From NCBI RefSeq assembly GCF_001564455.1, contig NZ_CP011391.1, positions 1,920,001 through 1,952,000 of the forward strand: 32,000 bases of DNA. Direction: 5' to 3'. Under the pieces are notes generated by a model. The model saw nothing but the letters and a program-made list of their open reading frames with translations. It was not told where the DNA came from and did no database searches. The position numbers and the translations under genes are program-made. Numbering within the stretch: position 1 is the first letter of the stretch; every line of letters starts with the position of its first letter. Shown piece after piece: positions 22,196-30,069 of this stretch. The DNA comes from Faecalibaculum rodentium (GTDB lineage Bacteria; Bacillota_I; Bacilli_A; Erysipelotrichales; Erysipelotrichaceae).

Positions 22196-23686
22196 GTGTT
22201 GAATGCAGAAAAAGAATTCATGGTGGACTTTTTCGGGCTGGAACCAGGGGAGATCGAGGACATCAGTTATACCAGACAGTCCGACAAACGTCCTGTACTG
22301 CGTGTCATTCTCACCAATGATCACGATCCATGCCCTGACTGTGGCTGCCCGCATCCCAGAGTGAAGGAATATATCCCAAAGAAGATCAAATATGCGGATG
22401 GAACTGGCAGGGACTGTATCCTGCTTTATCATGCCAGACGGTTCAAATGCCCAGCCTGCCACCGCACCTACTATGAGCCTTCTCCTTTCGTTCAGAAAAA
22501 GGGGAAGATCGCGGATAAAGTCGTATTCGACATATTGAAGGATCTCAAGGACTACAACCAGACCTTCGCTTCGGTAGGCCGCAAATACTGCGTTTCAGCC
22601 ACCACGGTGTCCAATATCTTCGACGCCCATGTGGAGATCCCCAGGAAGAAGCTACCGTCACTCCTGTGCATAGACGAGGTCTATGCGATGAAGACCCAGG
22701 GAAGCAAGTATGTATGTCTGCTCCTTGATTTCGAAAAGCAGACACCTGTGGATCTGCTTCCAAACCGCTGGCTCCCTTCACTGCTTGAATATATGAGTCT
22801 GATCCCCGAGGAGGAAAGACTCGGAGTCAAAGCGGTCTGTTTCGATATGTACCCGGCTTACAGGAAAATGGTGAAAGCCTGCTTCCCCAACGCCATTGGC
22901 GTGGTGGACAGGTTCCATGTGATGCAGGAATTCACCCGCAGGCTGACAAAAGTCAGGATCCGGGTCATGAACAGAACCAGAGCCAGGCGGGAAAGGCTGA
23001 AGGAAGAAATGAAGGCCGTGGAAAGCGACTTCCCAAGGGAAAGATACCGGGACGATCCGTGCTGGCAGAGGATATCCGCTGACTGGCAGAAAACCTCTGA
23101 CCAGTATTATGTACTGAAGCATTTCCACTGGCTCCTCTCAAAAGATGAGGATCTGGATATCTTTGACCCAGGGAGAGAAGGACAATACAACCGACATTTT
23201 CAAAAATATATGACGCTCCTGCAGCTGCGGGAGATTCTTCTGGGTATCGACCCTGAACTGGAAGAAGCAGTGCGTTTGAAAAGGGTTTTGACTCACATGT
23301 ATGAGTCGGGAACATATGATAAAGCAGGAGAACAGCTGTTCAACGAAACTTATGTAGCGTTCAGGAACAGTTCCATCAAAGAGATGAACGGATTCTCCAG
23401 AACGATGAAGGAATGGAGAGATGAGATCTTCAATTCCTTCAACACAGTGACTGTTGAATACATGGTCAACAGGAGGAGCGAATATACGATCAAAAGCGTA
23501 AGGCTCCACAACGGGATCATTGAGAACCGCAACAAAATGATCAAGTGCATGAAACACAATTCCTATGGCTTTACCAACTGGGTCAGGTTCAGGAATCGTG
23601 TAATGTATGTGCTCGATCCAAAAGCGACATATTCTCTGGAGCCCAGGTTCGGCAGTAAGGCTGTGAAAAAGAAGAAAAACAAGTAG
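22196..23686 (+). CDS. ISL3-family DDE transposase
   Basis: N-terminal zinc finger (CPDCGC..CPACH), LCIDEVYAMK, CFDMYPAYRK, VVDRFHVMQEF, NGIIENRNKMIKCMKHNSYGFTNWVRFRNRV. GTG 22196 lies 6 nt after AGGAGG (ORF opens at 22178). Confidence 0.9.
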   Translation: MLNAEKEFMVDFFGLEPGEIEDISYTRQSDKRPVLRVILTNDHDPCPDCGCPHPRVKEYIPKKIKYADGTGRDCILLYHARRFKCPACHRTYYEPSPFVQKKGKIADKVVFDILKDLKDYNQTFASVGRKYCVSATTVSNIFDAHVEIPRKKLPSLLCIDEVYAMKTQGSKYVCLLLDFEKQTPVDLLPNRWLPSLLEYMSLIPEEERLGVKAVCFDMYPAYRKMVKACFPNAIGVVDRFHVMQEFTRRLTKVRIRVMNRTRARRERLKEEMKAVESDFPRERYRDDPCWQRISADWQKTSDQYYVLKHFHWLLSKDEDLDIFDPGREGQYNRHFQKYMTLLQLREILLGIDPELEEAVRLKRVLTHMYESGTYDKAGEQLFNETYVAFRNSSIKEMNGFSRTMKEWRDEIFNSFNTVTVEYMVNRRSEYTIKSVRLHNGIIENRNKMIKCMKHNSYGFTNWVRFRNRVMYVLDPKATYSLEPRFGSKAVKKKKNK

Positions 23687-23824
23687 AATCAGGGGCTGCC
23701 CACAAAGTGGACAGCCCCTGAGTGCTTACTGTGATGTTCAAACTCCAAAGCTCTGTAGGGTAACGGAAACCCTAAGGTATCTTTGGATGGGGTTAGTCTT
23801 CCTCCCTATCCAATTTTGGAGTGC

Positions 23825-23833
23825 CAGGTTATT
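23825..23833. repeat. Right copy of 9-bp direct repeat CAGGTTATT
   Basis: Identical to 21234-21242. Contains the TAA stop (23829-23831, minus strand) of the small anchored protein gene. Confidence 0.7.
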
Positions 23834-24068
23834 CCTGTTCCGTGCCTTCCAGTTCCTCGATGGCTGCAGCTTCCTGATCGGCCTGTGTCTGGCTGTCCGG
23901 TGCTTCGGTCTCGATTCCGGAATCTTCCTGCTCAGCCGCAGGTGTCTGTTCCTGAATCTTGTCTTCAGCAGCTGTTTCGTTTTTGTTGGCAGCGGAAATG
24001 CCCCATACTGCCAGGATCACAATCACAATGACTGCGACCCAGATCCAGATTTTTCTGTTGTCTTTCAT
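23829..24068 (-). CDS. small N-terminally membrane-anchored protein with acidic low-complexity tail
   Basis: MKDNRKIWIWVAVIVIVILAVWGI.. followed by an E/Q/A/D/T-rich tail. GGAGAGAG lies before ATG 24068 (alternative ATG 24080). Last gene of the two-component operon. Confidence 0.55.
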   Translation of the reverse strand: MKDNRKIWIWVAVIVIVILAVWGISAANKNETAAEDKIQEQTPAAEQEDSGIETEAPDSQTQADQEAAAIEELEGTEQE

Positions 24069-24099
24069 ATCTCTCTCCATACCGGCTGCATGCCGGCAT

Positions 24100-25302
24100 T
24101 CACCCGGTTCCTGTCTGCGACGGACGGGATTTCTGTTTTTCGCTCAACGGCTCAAACCTCACCTGAAAGGTAGTCTGTCCGCCATGGCTCCATGCCCGGA
24201 TGTCGGCATGATGCCCTGTCGTGATGTTCTTCGCAATGGCCAGGCCAAGACCATAGCGGCCTTCGGCCCTGGTGCGGGAGGCATCTGCCCGGTAAAACCG
24301 GTCGAATATCCGTTCTTCCTCTCCGGCGGGAATGGCCTCGCCGGTGTCCGTGACCCTCAGCAGGATTCTGTCTTTTTCCCGTTTCAGCGAAACGCTGACT
24401 GCGGAGCCCGGATCGGCATGCCGGCTGGCATTGTCAATCAGGATCCCTGTCAGGCGCATCAGGTCCTCCGGTGCTCCGGCCACTGTCAGCCCCGGCTCCA
24501 GATCCAGGGCCAGCGACAGATGCCGGTCATACAGAAGGCTTTCAAAGGGAAGTGCCGCCTGTTCCACGGTCTCCGAAAGATTCACCGGCTGTTTGTCCTT
24601 CAGCCCATCGCTTCGGGACAGATCCAGCAGACTGGTGATCAGATGATTCATCTGTTCGGATTCCGTGATGATGGCCTGCAGCCACCTGGGCTGCGGGTCC
24701 TGTTCCATGGCCTCCGCACTGGCCATGATCACAGACAGCGGCGTTTTCAGTTCGTGAGAGGCGTCTGCGACAAACCTCTTCTGCATCTCCAGGTTCTCCT
24801 CGATGGGCCGGGTCATGACCAGAATCAGCCATCTGGTGCCAAACCACAGCAGCACGAGAAGAACAGCACCCAGAAGCAGCGACCCCCACAGGATCTCCTG
24901 CAGGTGCTCTGCCACTTCGGCGGTATCGACGATGGTGATCATCGACCCCTGCCGCCGGGATACATACCGGGAGGTGTACAGAAAGTCCGGTTCGGGATGC
25001 ATGCTGTATTCCACAGCCTCGATGAGGTCTTCCTCATCCATGTCCGGATCCCTTGCCAGCACGCCGGTGATTTCACCGGCATGATTCAGGAGAACGGTGC
25101 ATACAGGCAGTGACGACAGGATGTCGAGCTCTCTGTCGTATCCTCTTTCATTGAACAGGCGGCTGGTGCTGTCCAGGTTTTCCTGAACAGTCTGCGCGGC
25201 CTGCCAGTAGGCAAAGCCATTTGCCAGGGCAAGGATCAGCGCCGCAAAGAGCGCAGCCAGTCCAAACACCAGTGTCTGCATGCGGGTTCTCAGTTCACGC
25301 AT
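24100..25302 (-). CDS. sensor histidine kinase (two TM helices, HisKA + HATPase_c)
   Basis: H-box FVADASHELKTPLS. N/G boxes: ILIDNASRHA, DTGEAIPAGEEERIFDRFYR, GLGLAIAK. Overlaps the regulator gene by 8 nt. Confidence 0.9.
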   Translation of the reverse strand: MRELRTRMQTLVFGLAALFAALILALANGFAYWQAAQTVQENLDSTSRLFNERGYDRELDILSSLPVCTVLLNHAGEITGVLARDPDMDEEDLIEAVEYSMHPEPDFLYTSRYVSRRQGSMITIVDTAEVAEHLQEILWGSLLLGAVLLVLLWFGTRWLILVMTRPIEENLEMQKRFVADASHELKTPLSVIMASAEAMEQDPQPRWLQAIITESEQMNHLITSLLDLSRSDGLKDKQPVNLSETVEQAALPFESLLYDRHLSLALDLEPGLTVAGAPEDLMRLTGILIDNASRHADPGSAVSVSLKREKDRILLRVTDTGEAIPAGEEERIFDRFYRADASRTRAEGRYGLGLAIAKNITTGHHADIRAWSHGGQTTFQVRFEPLSEKQKSRPSQTGTG

Positions 25303-25969
25303 TTCCTGTCTCCAGCCGGTACCCCAGTCCCCGGACAGCCTTGATGGCTGCCGCAGATCCGATGGCCTGGAGTTTCCGACGCAGAAAGGAAAGATACGCT
25401 TCCAGGTTGTTGGCCGTTACATCGGAATCCAGTCCCCAGACCCGGTCAAGGATCTGGTCTCTGGACAGGATCTGCTGTGGATGAGAAAGCAGATAGTCCA
25501 TGACAGCCAGTTCCTTTGCGGACAGTTCGATGGATTTCCCGGTTGTGCGGCACACAAGCAGGTTGGACTGATCGGCGAGCTCCAGATCGCCGGCTGTCCG
25601 CCTGCCTTCTTCCTCCCGCCTCAGCTGCACGCTGACGCGGGCTGCGAGTTCCTCGAGATGGAAGGGTTTTGTCACGTAGTCATCTGCGCCTGCCTTCAGA
25701 CCATGCAGCCTGTCCTCCAGCGCGCCCCGTGCCGTCAGCATGATCACCTTCGAGGAGATCCGCTGCTTTTTCAGCGCGGACAGAATGTCAAATCCCGATG
25801 TTCCCGGCAGCATGACGTCCAGGATAATCAGGTCATAGATACCGCGCAGAGCCTCCATGAGTCCCGTGTCTCCGTCCAGAGCCACATCCACGTCATAGTT
25901 CTCCCGCTTCAGCCTTGACTCTATGAGCCGGGCAAGGGTTTCCTCATCTTCAATAACCAGGATACGCAT
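25295..25969 (-). CDS. OmpR/PhoB-family response regulator
   Basis: MRILVIEDEE..LILDVMLPG..DDYVTKPF receiver domain, plus a winged-helix C-terminus (..VRGLGYRL). Confidence 0.9.
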   Translation of the reverse strand: MRILVIEDEETLARLIESRLKRENYDVDVALDGDTGLMEALRGIYDLIILDVMLPGTSGFDILSALKKQRISSKVIMLTARGALEDRLHGLKAGADDYVTKPFHLEELAARVSVQLRREEEGRRTAGDLELADQSNLLVCRTTGKSIELSAKELAVMDYLLSHPQQILSRDQILDRVWGLDSDVTANNLEAYLSFLRRKLQAIGSAAAIKAVRGLGYRLETGNA

Positions 25970-25976
25970 ATCTCAA

Positions 25977-26738
25977 TCATACCTGCACGACCTCGAAGTT
26001 CGCCGGAAGCACCGGCAGTTTTTCTTGATCCGTGACAAATATTTTCGAGAAGCGGCTCACCGGCTGCAGTTTGCAAAAGCCTCCCGACTGGATCCTGGAT
26101 CCGCTTTGGAGCAGGTAGCTTGCGGCCGAGGCATTCATGGCGTGTTCCTTGATATCCCGGGACTCCAGATCTGACGTATACGTCATTCCCCGCTCCAGGT
26201 CCAGTCCCGCACACTCCAGAAAACTGCGGTCAAACTGAAACTGGCTGATATCATGCAATGCCATGGCCCCGCCGCTCATTGCATATCGCGGGATATAGTC
26301 CCCGCCTATGACAATGACCTGCGCTTTGGGATCGTTCAGTCTGGAAATGACCAGGTGATTGTTGGTGACGATGCGGACCGGACGGTTGGCCAGAAATTCA
26401 GTCATTCCCGCGGGAAGGACCCCGCTGTCCAGGAAGATGCATTCTCCGTCCTCCACCAGATCCGCCGCCGCTTTGCACAAAGCCCTGACAGCCGCCGGGT
26501 CATCCCGTGCAGCTTCCGGTGTGCTCCGCTCCCTGCGTCTTGAAACGATTTCACTGACGCTGCCCTTGATCGCTCCCCCGTGGACACGCTTCAGCTTTCC
26601 CTGGTTTTCCAGTTCGGTCAGATCCCTTCGGATCGTGGACTGGGATACATCCAGTTCTTCCGCGATCTCCTTGACATGGATGATGTGATCCCTGTCCAGT
26701 CGGTCGAGAAGATATATGATTCGTTCTTTTGTCAGCAT
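25977..26738 (-). CDS. DeoR/GlpR-family transcriptional regulator
   Basis: N-terminal HTH (VKEIAEELDVSQSTIRRDLTELENQGKLKRVHGGA) plus a DeoR C-terminal sensor domain. GAGGG RBS. Confidence 0.85.
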   Translation of the reverse strand: MLTKERIIYLLDRLDRDHIIHVKEIAEELDVSQSTIRRDLTELENQGKLKRVHGGAIKGSVSEIVSRRRERSTPEAARDDPAAVRALCKAAADLVEDGECIFLDSGVLPAGMTEFLANRPVRIVTNNHLVISRLNDPKAQVIVIGGDYIPRYAMSGGAMALHDISQFQFDRSFLECAGLDLERGMTYTSDLESRDIKEHAMNASAASYLLQSGSRIQSGGFCKLQPVSRFSKIFVTDQEKLPVLPANFEVVQV

Positions 26739-26841
26739 AACAATCCCTCGATTTCCAGTCGTTTCCGCCGAAGCGGAACACTTGCTTCTGAATGGCTGGA
26801 CCCTTCAGTGAAAAAGTGCGCCAAAAATATCAGTATTTTTG

Positions 26842-26870
26842 TTGACGCAACAAAAACAGCCTGATATTAT
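26842..26870 (+). promoter_or_regulatory. sigma-A promoter of tRNA cluster 2
   Basis: TTGACG (26842-26847), 17 nt spacer, TATTAT (26865-26870), 16 nt upstream of tRNA-Val. Confidence 0.7.
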
Positions 26871-26886
26871 TAGTGAGCACTGTGAT

Positions 26887-26962
26887 GGAGGTTTAGCTCA
26901 GTTGGGAGAGCGTCTGTCTTACAAACAGAGGGTCAGCGGTTCGAGCCCGTTAACCTCCACCA
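26887..26962 (+). tRNA. tRNA-Val (anticodon TAC), CCA encoded
   Basis: 76/76 identical to 13440-13515. Confidence 0.95.
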
Positions 26963-26967
26963 TTCAT

Positions 26968-27043
26968 GCTGACTTAGCTCAATTGGTAGAGCAACTGATT
27001 TGTAATCAGTAGGTTGTGGGTTCAAGTCCTATAGTCAGCACCA
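26968..27043 (+). tRNA. tRNA-Thr (anticodon TGT), CCA encoded
   Basis: Acceptor GCTGACT/AGTCAGC, anticodon loop TTTGTAA, T-loop TTCAAGT. Confidence 0.9.
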
Positions 27044-27046
27044 TGT

Positions 27047-27122
27047 GACCCGTTAGCTCAGCTGGTAGAGCATTTGACTTTTAATCAAAGGGTCGGGCGT
27101 TCGAATCGCCCACGGGTCACCA
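27047..27122 (+). tRNA. tRNA-Lys (anticodon TTT), CCA encoded
   Basis: Acceptor GACCCGT/ACGGGTC, anticodon loop CTTTTAA, T-loop TTCGAAT. Confidence 0.9.
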
Positions 27123-27135
27123 TTTCATTGTTTCT

Positions 27136-27209
27136 GCAGGTGTAGTTCAATGGTAGAACTTCAGCCTTCCAAGCTGACTACGTGAGTTCGATTCTCATCA
27201 CCTGCTCCA
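27136..27209 (+). tRNA. tRNA-Gly (anticodon TCC), CCA encoded
   Basis: 74/74 identical to 13708-13781. Confidence 0.95.
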
Positions 27210-27222
27210 TTCAGAAACATTC

Positions 27223-27245
27223 GGCCGGATAACCGGTCTTTTTTT
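27223..27245 (+). terminator. Terminator of tRNA cluster 2
   Basis: GGCCGG-ATAA-CCGGTC followed by TTTTTTT (27239-27245). Confidence 0.7.
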
Positions 27246-27380
27246 ATGAAGGAACTGCGCGTTTTCGACGTTTTCCGTTCCTTCTCCTACATTCTAGTTG
27301 TCTTTGACTGTTTTCCTAAATGTTATGCCTGAAAAAAAACTATTGGCGCTCAAATGTGCGCATTATGCTACTATATGGTC

Positions 27381-27593
27381 ATGAATTTCAAGATTTGGAG
27401 CATATTCAGCACGATACTTTATTTTGCAGCCGCATTTTTATTCATTGCCTTCGCCCTGGCAAACCAGGAATGGGCCCTGTATGCTGCCCTGGCCTGTATG
27501 GCTGCGGCGCTGCTCACCGGTATGCCCCTGAGAAAGCACCTGAAAGAACAGGCACAGCATTCGGATCAGACAGACCAGACTGACAAAAAATGA
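27381..27593 (+). CDS. small two-TM membrane protein (70 aa), hypothetical
   Basis: MNFKIWSIFSTILYFAAAFLFIAFALA..WALYAALACMAAALLTG.. with a polar tail. No SD, but an extended -10 lies just upstream. Its stop sits inside a strong terminator stem. Confidence 0.45.
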   Translation: MNFKIWSIFSTILYFAAAFLFIAFALANQEWALYAALACMAAALLTGMPLRKHLKEQAQHSDQTDQTDKK

Positions 27594-27628
27594 GAGCTTC
27601 CGTCCAATTGACGAAGCTCTCATTTTTT
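27585..27628. terminator. Bidirectional rho-independent terminator
   Basis: AAAAAA, then ATGAGAGCTTC (27590-27600), loop, GAAGCTCTCAT (27613-27623), then TTTTTT. Serves the small ORF (+) and the Na/Pi gene (-). Confidence 0.85.
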
Positions 27629-27655
27629 GTCTATGGCTGTACAGACCATCCGGTC

Positions 27656-29422
27656 TCAGATGCTGTATTTCTGCCTGTATTCCGTGAGGTACTCCTTGTA
27701 ACGGGAACGGCGATCCTTCTTGGTCCTGGAGACATAATCATGCACATCCAGGTCGTTGTTGGCCGTCTCTATGATATACACGGCGATATTCGAGCAGTGG
27801 TCTGCGGTCCGCTCCAGTTCATTCACGAGTTCATTGTAGTCAAAGCCTTCCTCGATCCCTGACCGGGTATCCTTCAGCCGGCTGATACGGCGATGACGGA
27901 CCTCTGTACACAACATGCTGATCCACACACGAAGGGGCTCAATGCGCTGCGCAACCAGTCGGTCGGAGGTACTGAAACTGTCCATGGTCAGGTCCATGAT
28001 TTCCGTCACAGCGTGCATGACCACCTGCAGGTCCTTCCAGGCACTGCCGGAAAACGACTGTTTCTTTTCATACTGGTCCCGCGCCACTTTCGCCATCTCG
28101 TAGGAATAATCCCCGATCCGTTCGAAGTCCGGGATGCAGTGCAGAAACTTGGAGACTTCCGTACTCTGAGCATTGCTCAGTTCGCGCTTGAGCATCTGCA
28201 TCAGATAGGTATCCAGCTTGTCCTGGTACTTGTCAATGCGGCTTTCCTTTTCCTGGATCTTGCTGAATTTCCTTTCATCAAAATGATCCAGCAGATCCAT
28301 GGCCCGTGCCAGGTTTTTCACCACATTTTCCGCCATGGAATCCATCGCACGCTGACACTGCGCAAGGGCCAGATCCGGGTAGTTCAGGAAACGGTCCTCC
28401 AGGAGATCCAGTGTATCACTGTCTTCCTCGTCATCCTCCCTATTCGGGATCAGCACTTTGGTCAGCCGCTCAATGCCCTTCACAAAGGGAAGCAGCAGGA
28501 GCATCGCCGCGAACCGGTACATGGAATTCAGCGCCGCGATGGAAAACGGATTCATCACTGTATCGAGGAACGGATAGTGGAACACGAGGTTGGTCCCGTA
28601 AAACAGGATGGATCCCAGCAGCATGGCGAACAGGTCATTGAGCAGATACACCAGTGCCGTCCGTTTCCCGTTTGTGCCTGTGCCGATAGCCGAAAGCAGC
28701 ACCGGTGTCGCTGCACCGATGCCCACACCCATGAGCATGGGAAATGCCGATGCAAAGGTGATGCCGCCGGTGACCGACAGCGCCTGAAGCACGCCGCAGG
28801 CAGCACTGGCACTCTGGAGCACTGCCGTGATCAGGATCCCGAACAGGATGCCCATAACCGGGTTGGTGAACGACGTGAGCAGAGACGTGAATGCCGGAGA
28901 CTGAGAAAGCGGCGATACCGCACCGGACATCGTCTGCATGCCCACCATCAGAATGGCGAACCCCAGCATGATGTTGCCAGTGGCATGAAAGATGTCTTTT
29001 TTCATGAACATGCGGAACACAATGCCCAGGATGGCGACCACGGCGGATATCGTGGCTGTCGACAGCAGAGAAGCCAGACCCTGCTGTCCGTCGATATAGG
29101 ACAGACAGATGATCCACCCTGTGATGGATGTGCCGATATTGGCTCCCATGATGATGCCGATTGCCTGCGAGAGCTTCATCAGTCCGGAATTGACGAACCC
29201 CACCACCATGACGGTGGTGGCACCGGAACTCTGGATCAAGGCCGTGACGACTGTCCCCAGCAGAAACCCCTTCAGGGGGGTGCTGGTCAGTTTGTAGAGA
29301 ATCAGTTCCAGCTTGTTGCCGGCCACCTGTTTCAGGCCTTCGCCCATGAGCTGCATGCCATACAGAAACAGGGCCACGCCGGACAGCAGTGTCAGAACTG
29401 TGACAATGGTGCTTATACCCAT
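27656..29422 (-). CDS. Na+/phosphate cotransporter family protein with C-terminal PhoU-like domain
   Basis: LFLYGMQLMGEGLK.., IQSSGATTVMVVGF, and a second repeat LQSASAACGVL. Helical PhoU-like C-terminal half. Start ATG 29422 is 5 nt after GGAGGA. Confidence 0.85.
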   Translation of the reverse strand: MGISTIVTVLTLLSGVALFLYGMQLMGEGLKQVAGNKLELILYKLTSTPLKGFLLGTVVTALIQSSGATTVMVVGFVNSGLMKLSQAIGIIMGANIGTSITGWIICLSYIDGQQGLASLLSTATISAVVAILGIVFRMFMKKDIFHATGNIMLGFAILMVGMQTMSGAVSPLSQSPAFTSLLTSFTNPVMGILFGILITAVLQSASAACGVLQALSVTGGITFASAFPMLMGVGIGAATPVLLSAIGTGTNGKRTALVYLLNDLFAMLLGSILFYGTNLVFHYPFLDTVMNPFSIAALNSMYRFAAMLLLLPFVKGIERLTKVLIPNREDDEEDSDTLDLLEDRFLNYPDLALAQCQRAMDSMAENVVKNLARAMDLLDHFDERKFSKIQEKESRIDKYQDKLDTYLMQMLKRELSNAQSTEVSKFLHCIPDFERIGDYSYEMAKVARDQYEKKQSFSGSAWKDLQVVMHAVTEIMDLTMDSFSTSDRLVAQRIEPLRVWISMLCTEVRHRRISRLKDTRSGIEEGFDYNELVNELERTADHCSNIAVYIIETANNDLDVHDYVSRTKKDRRSRYKEYLTEYRQKYSI

Positions 29423-29492
29423 ACTTCCTCCGTGTTTGTCAAACATCGTTCCGGTAAGCCCAGAACGAAACCATTATACATGAGAGCCACCT

Positions 29493-29518
29493 AAAAAGCC
29501 TGAACACATGTTCAGGCT
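29493..29518 (-). terminator. Rho-independent terminator after the 71-aa ORF
   Basis: Minus strand AGCCTGAAC-atgt-GTTCAGGCT followed by TTTTT. Confidence 0.75.
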
Positions 29519-29535
29519 CCCTGGTCCCCTTCAGG

Positions 29536-29751
29536 TCAGACGTTCTGGGTGACTTCCACCTTGCAGGTGTGGTCGGCTTCGTTCCGGTCGAAGGTGATTT
29601 TTGCCAGCTCATCCAGGTGATCGGTCACGATTCCTGTCACTGTGGAAAACACTTCGTCCGCAGTTCCCTTGTCCCTGCATTCATATTCTACAGATGTGAT
29701 GATTTTCTTCTTCGCCGGGATCTCCCGGAGTTCTTCAGCCATCGTTTTCAT
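29536..29751 (-). CDS. hypothetical small protein (71 aa)
   Basis: MKTMAEELREIPAKKK... GAGGT lies 7 nt before ATG 29751. Own promoter and terminator. No family recognised. Confidence 0.5.
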   Translation of the reverse strand: MKTMAEELREIPAKKKIITSVEYECRDKGTADEVFSTVTGIVTDHLDELAKITFDRNEADHTCKVEVTQNV

Positions 29752-29771
29752 ATTCATTACCTCGCATTCTG

Positions 29772-29800
29772 AATATATCACTGCCGGGCGCTATTTCCAA
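29772..29800 (-). promoter_or_regulatory. sigma-A promoter (extended -10) of the 71-aa ORF
   Basis: Minus strand TTGGAA (29800-29795), 17 nt spacer, TATATT (29777-29772), with TG at 29780-29779. Confidence 0.6.
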
Positions 29801-30019
29801 GCCGGCCTGCCCCTGCCAGCCCGGCCATCCAGTCAGACAGGCGGAGCTGTCTGTCCGCAGCGCCGGGTGATGTCCGCTGTCCTGCAGTCTGGTGACTGAC
29901 CTGCGGACTGCGATTCCGGGCTGATTTTCCGATGCGAATCACAGCGTTTATCCGGAAAACAGCGGGTGCAGTCCACGATTTACCGTTTCCAGCGATCCGC
30001 ACAGGATGGCAACCCCCGG

Positions 30020-30061
30020 AAACACAGACACAGGTACCAATGCCGGGCATTGCCACCTGTG
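30020..30061 (-). terminator. Probable terminator of the ABC transporter operon
   Basis: Minus strand CACAGGTGGCAATGCCCGGCATTGGTACCTGTG (nested stems) followed by TCTGTGTTT (weak T-run). Begins 8 nt after the ATPase stop. Confidence 0.5.
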
Positions 30062-30069
30062 CGGTTCAT

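Larger units (their letters stand above)
21243..23824 (+). mobile_element. ISL3-family insertion sequence (about 2.58 kb) with accessory zinc-ribbon ORF
   Basis: Long imperfect terminal inverted repeats: 21250-21295 versus the reverse complement of 23769-23818, sharing CAAAATTGGA and ACCTTAGGGT blocks. Flanked by the 9-bp direct repeat CAGGTTATT. AT-richer than its flanks. Two co-oriented ORFs. Confidence 0.8.

Noticed and set aside
29778-30056. 92-aa minus-strand ORF in the GC-rich spacer
   Set aside because: It starts inside the upstream terminator, has no RBS, and is G/A/R-rich and not protein-like. It would also overlap the promoter of the next gene.
30029-30061. c-di-GMP-I (GEMM-I) riboswitch suggested by CGCACAGG..GCAA
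   Set aside because: Only the first few nucleotides resemble the motif. The ACGCAAAGC junction and second hairpin are absent. The position immediately 3' of a stop codon fits a plain terminator.
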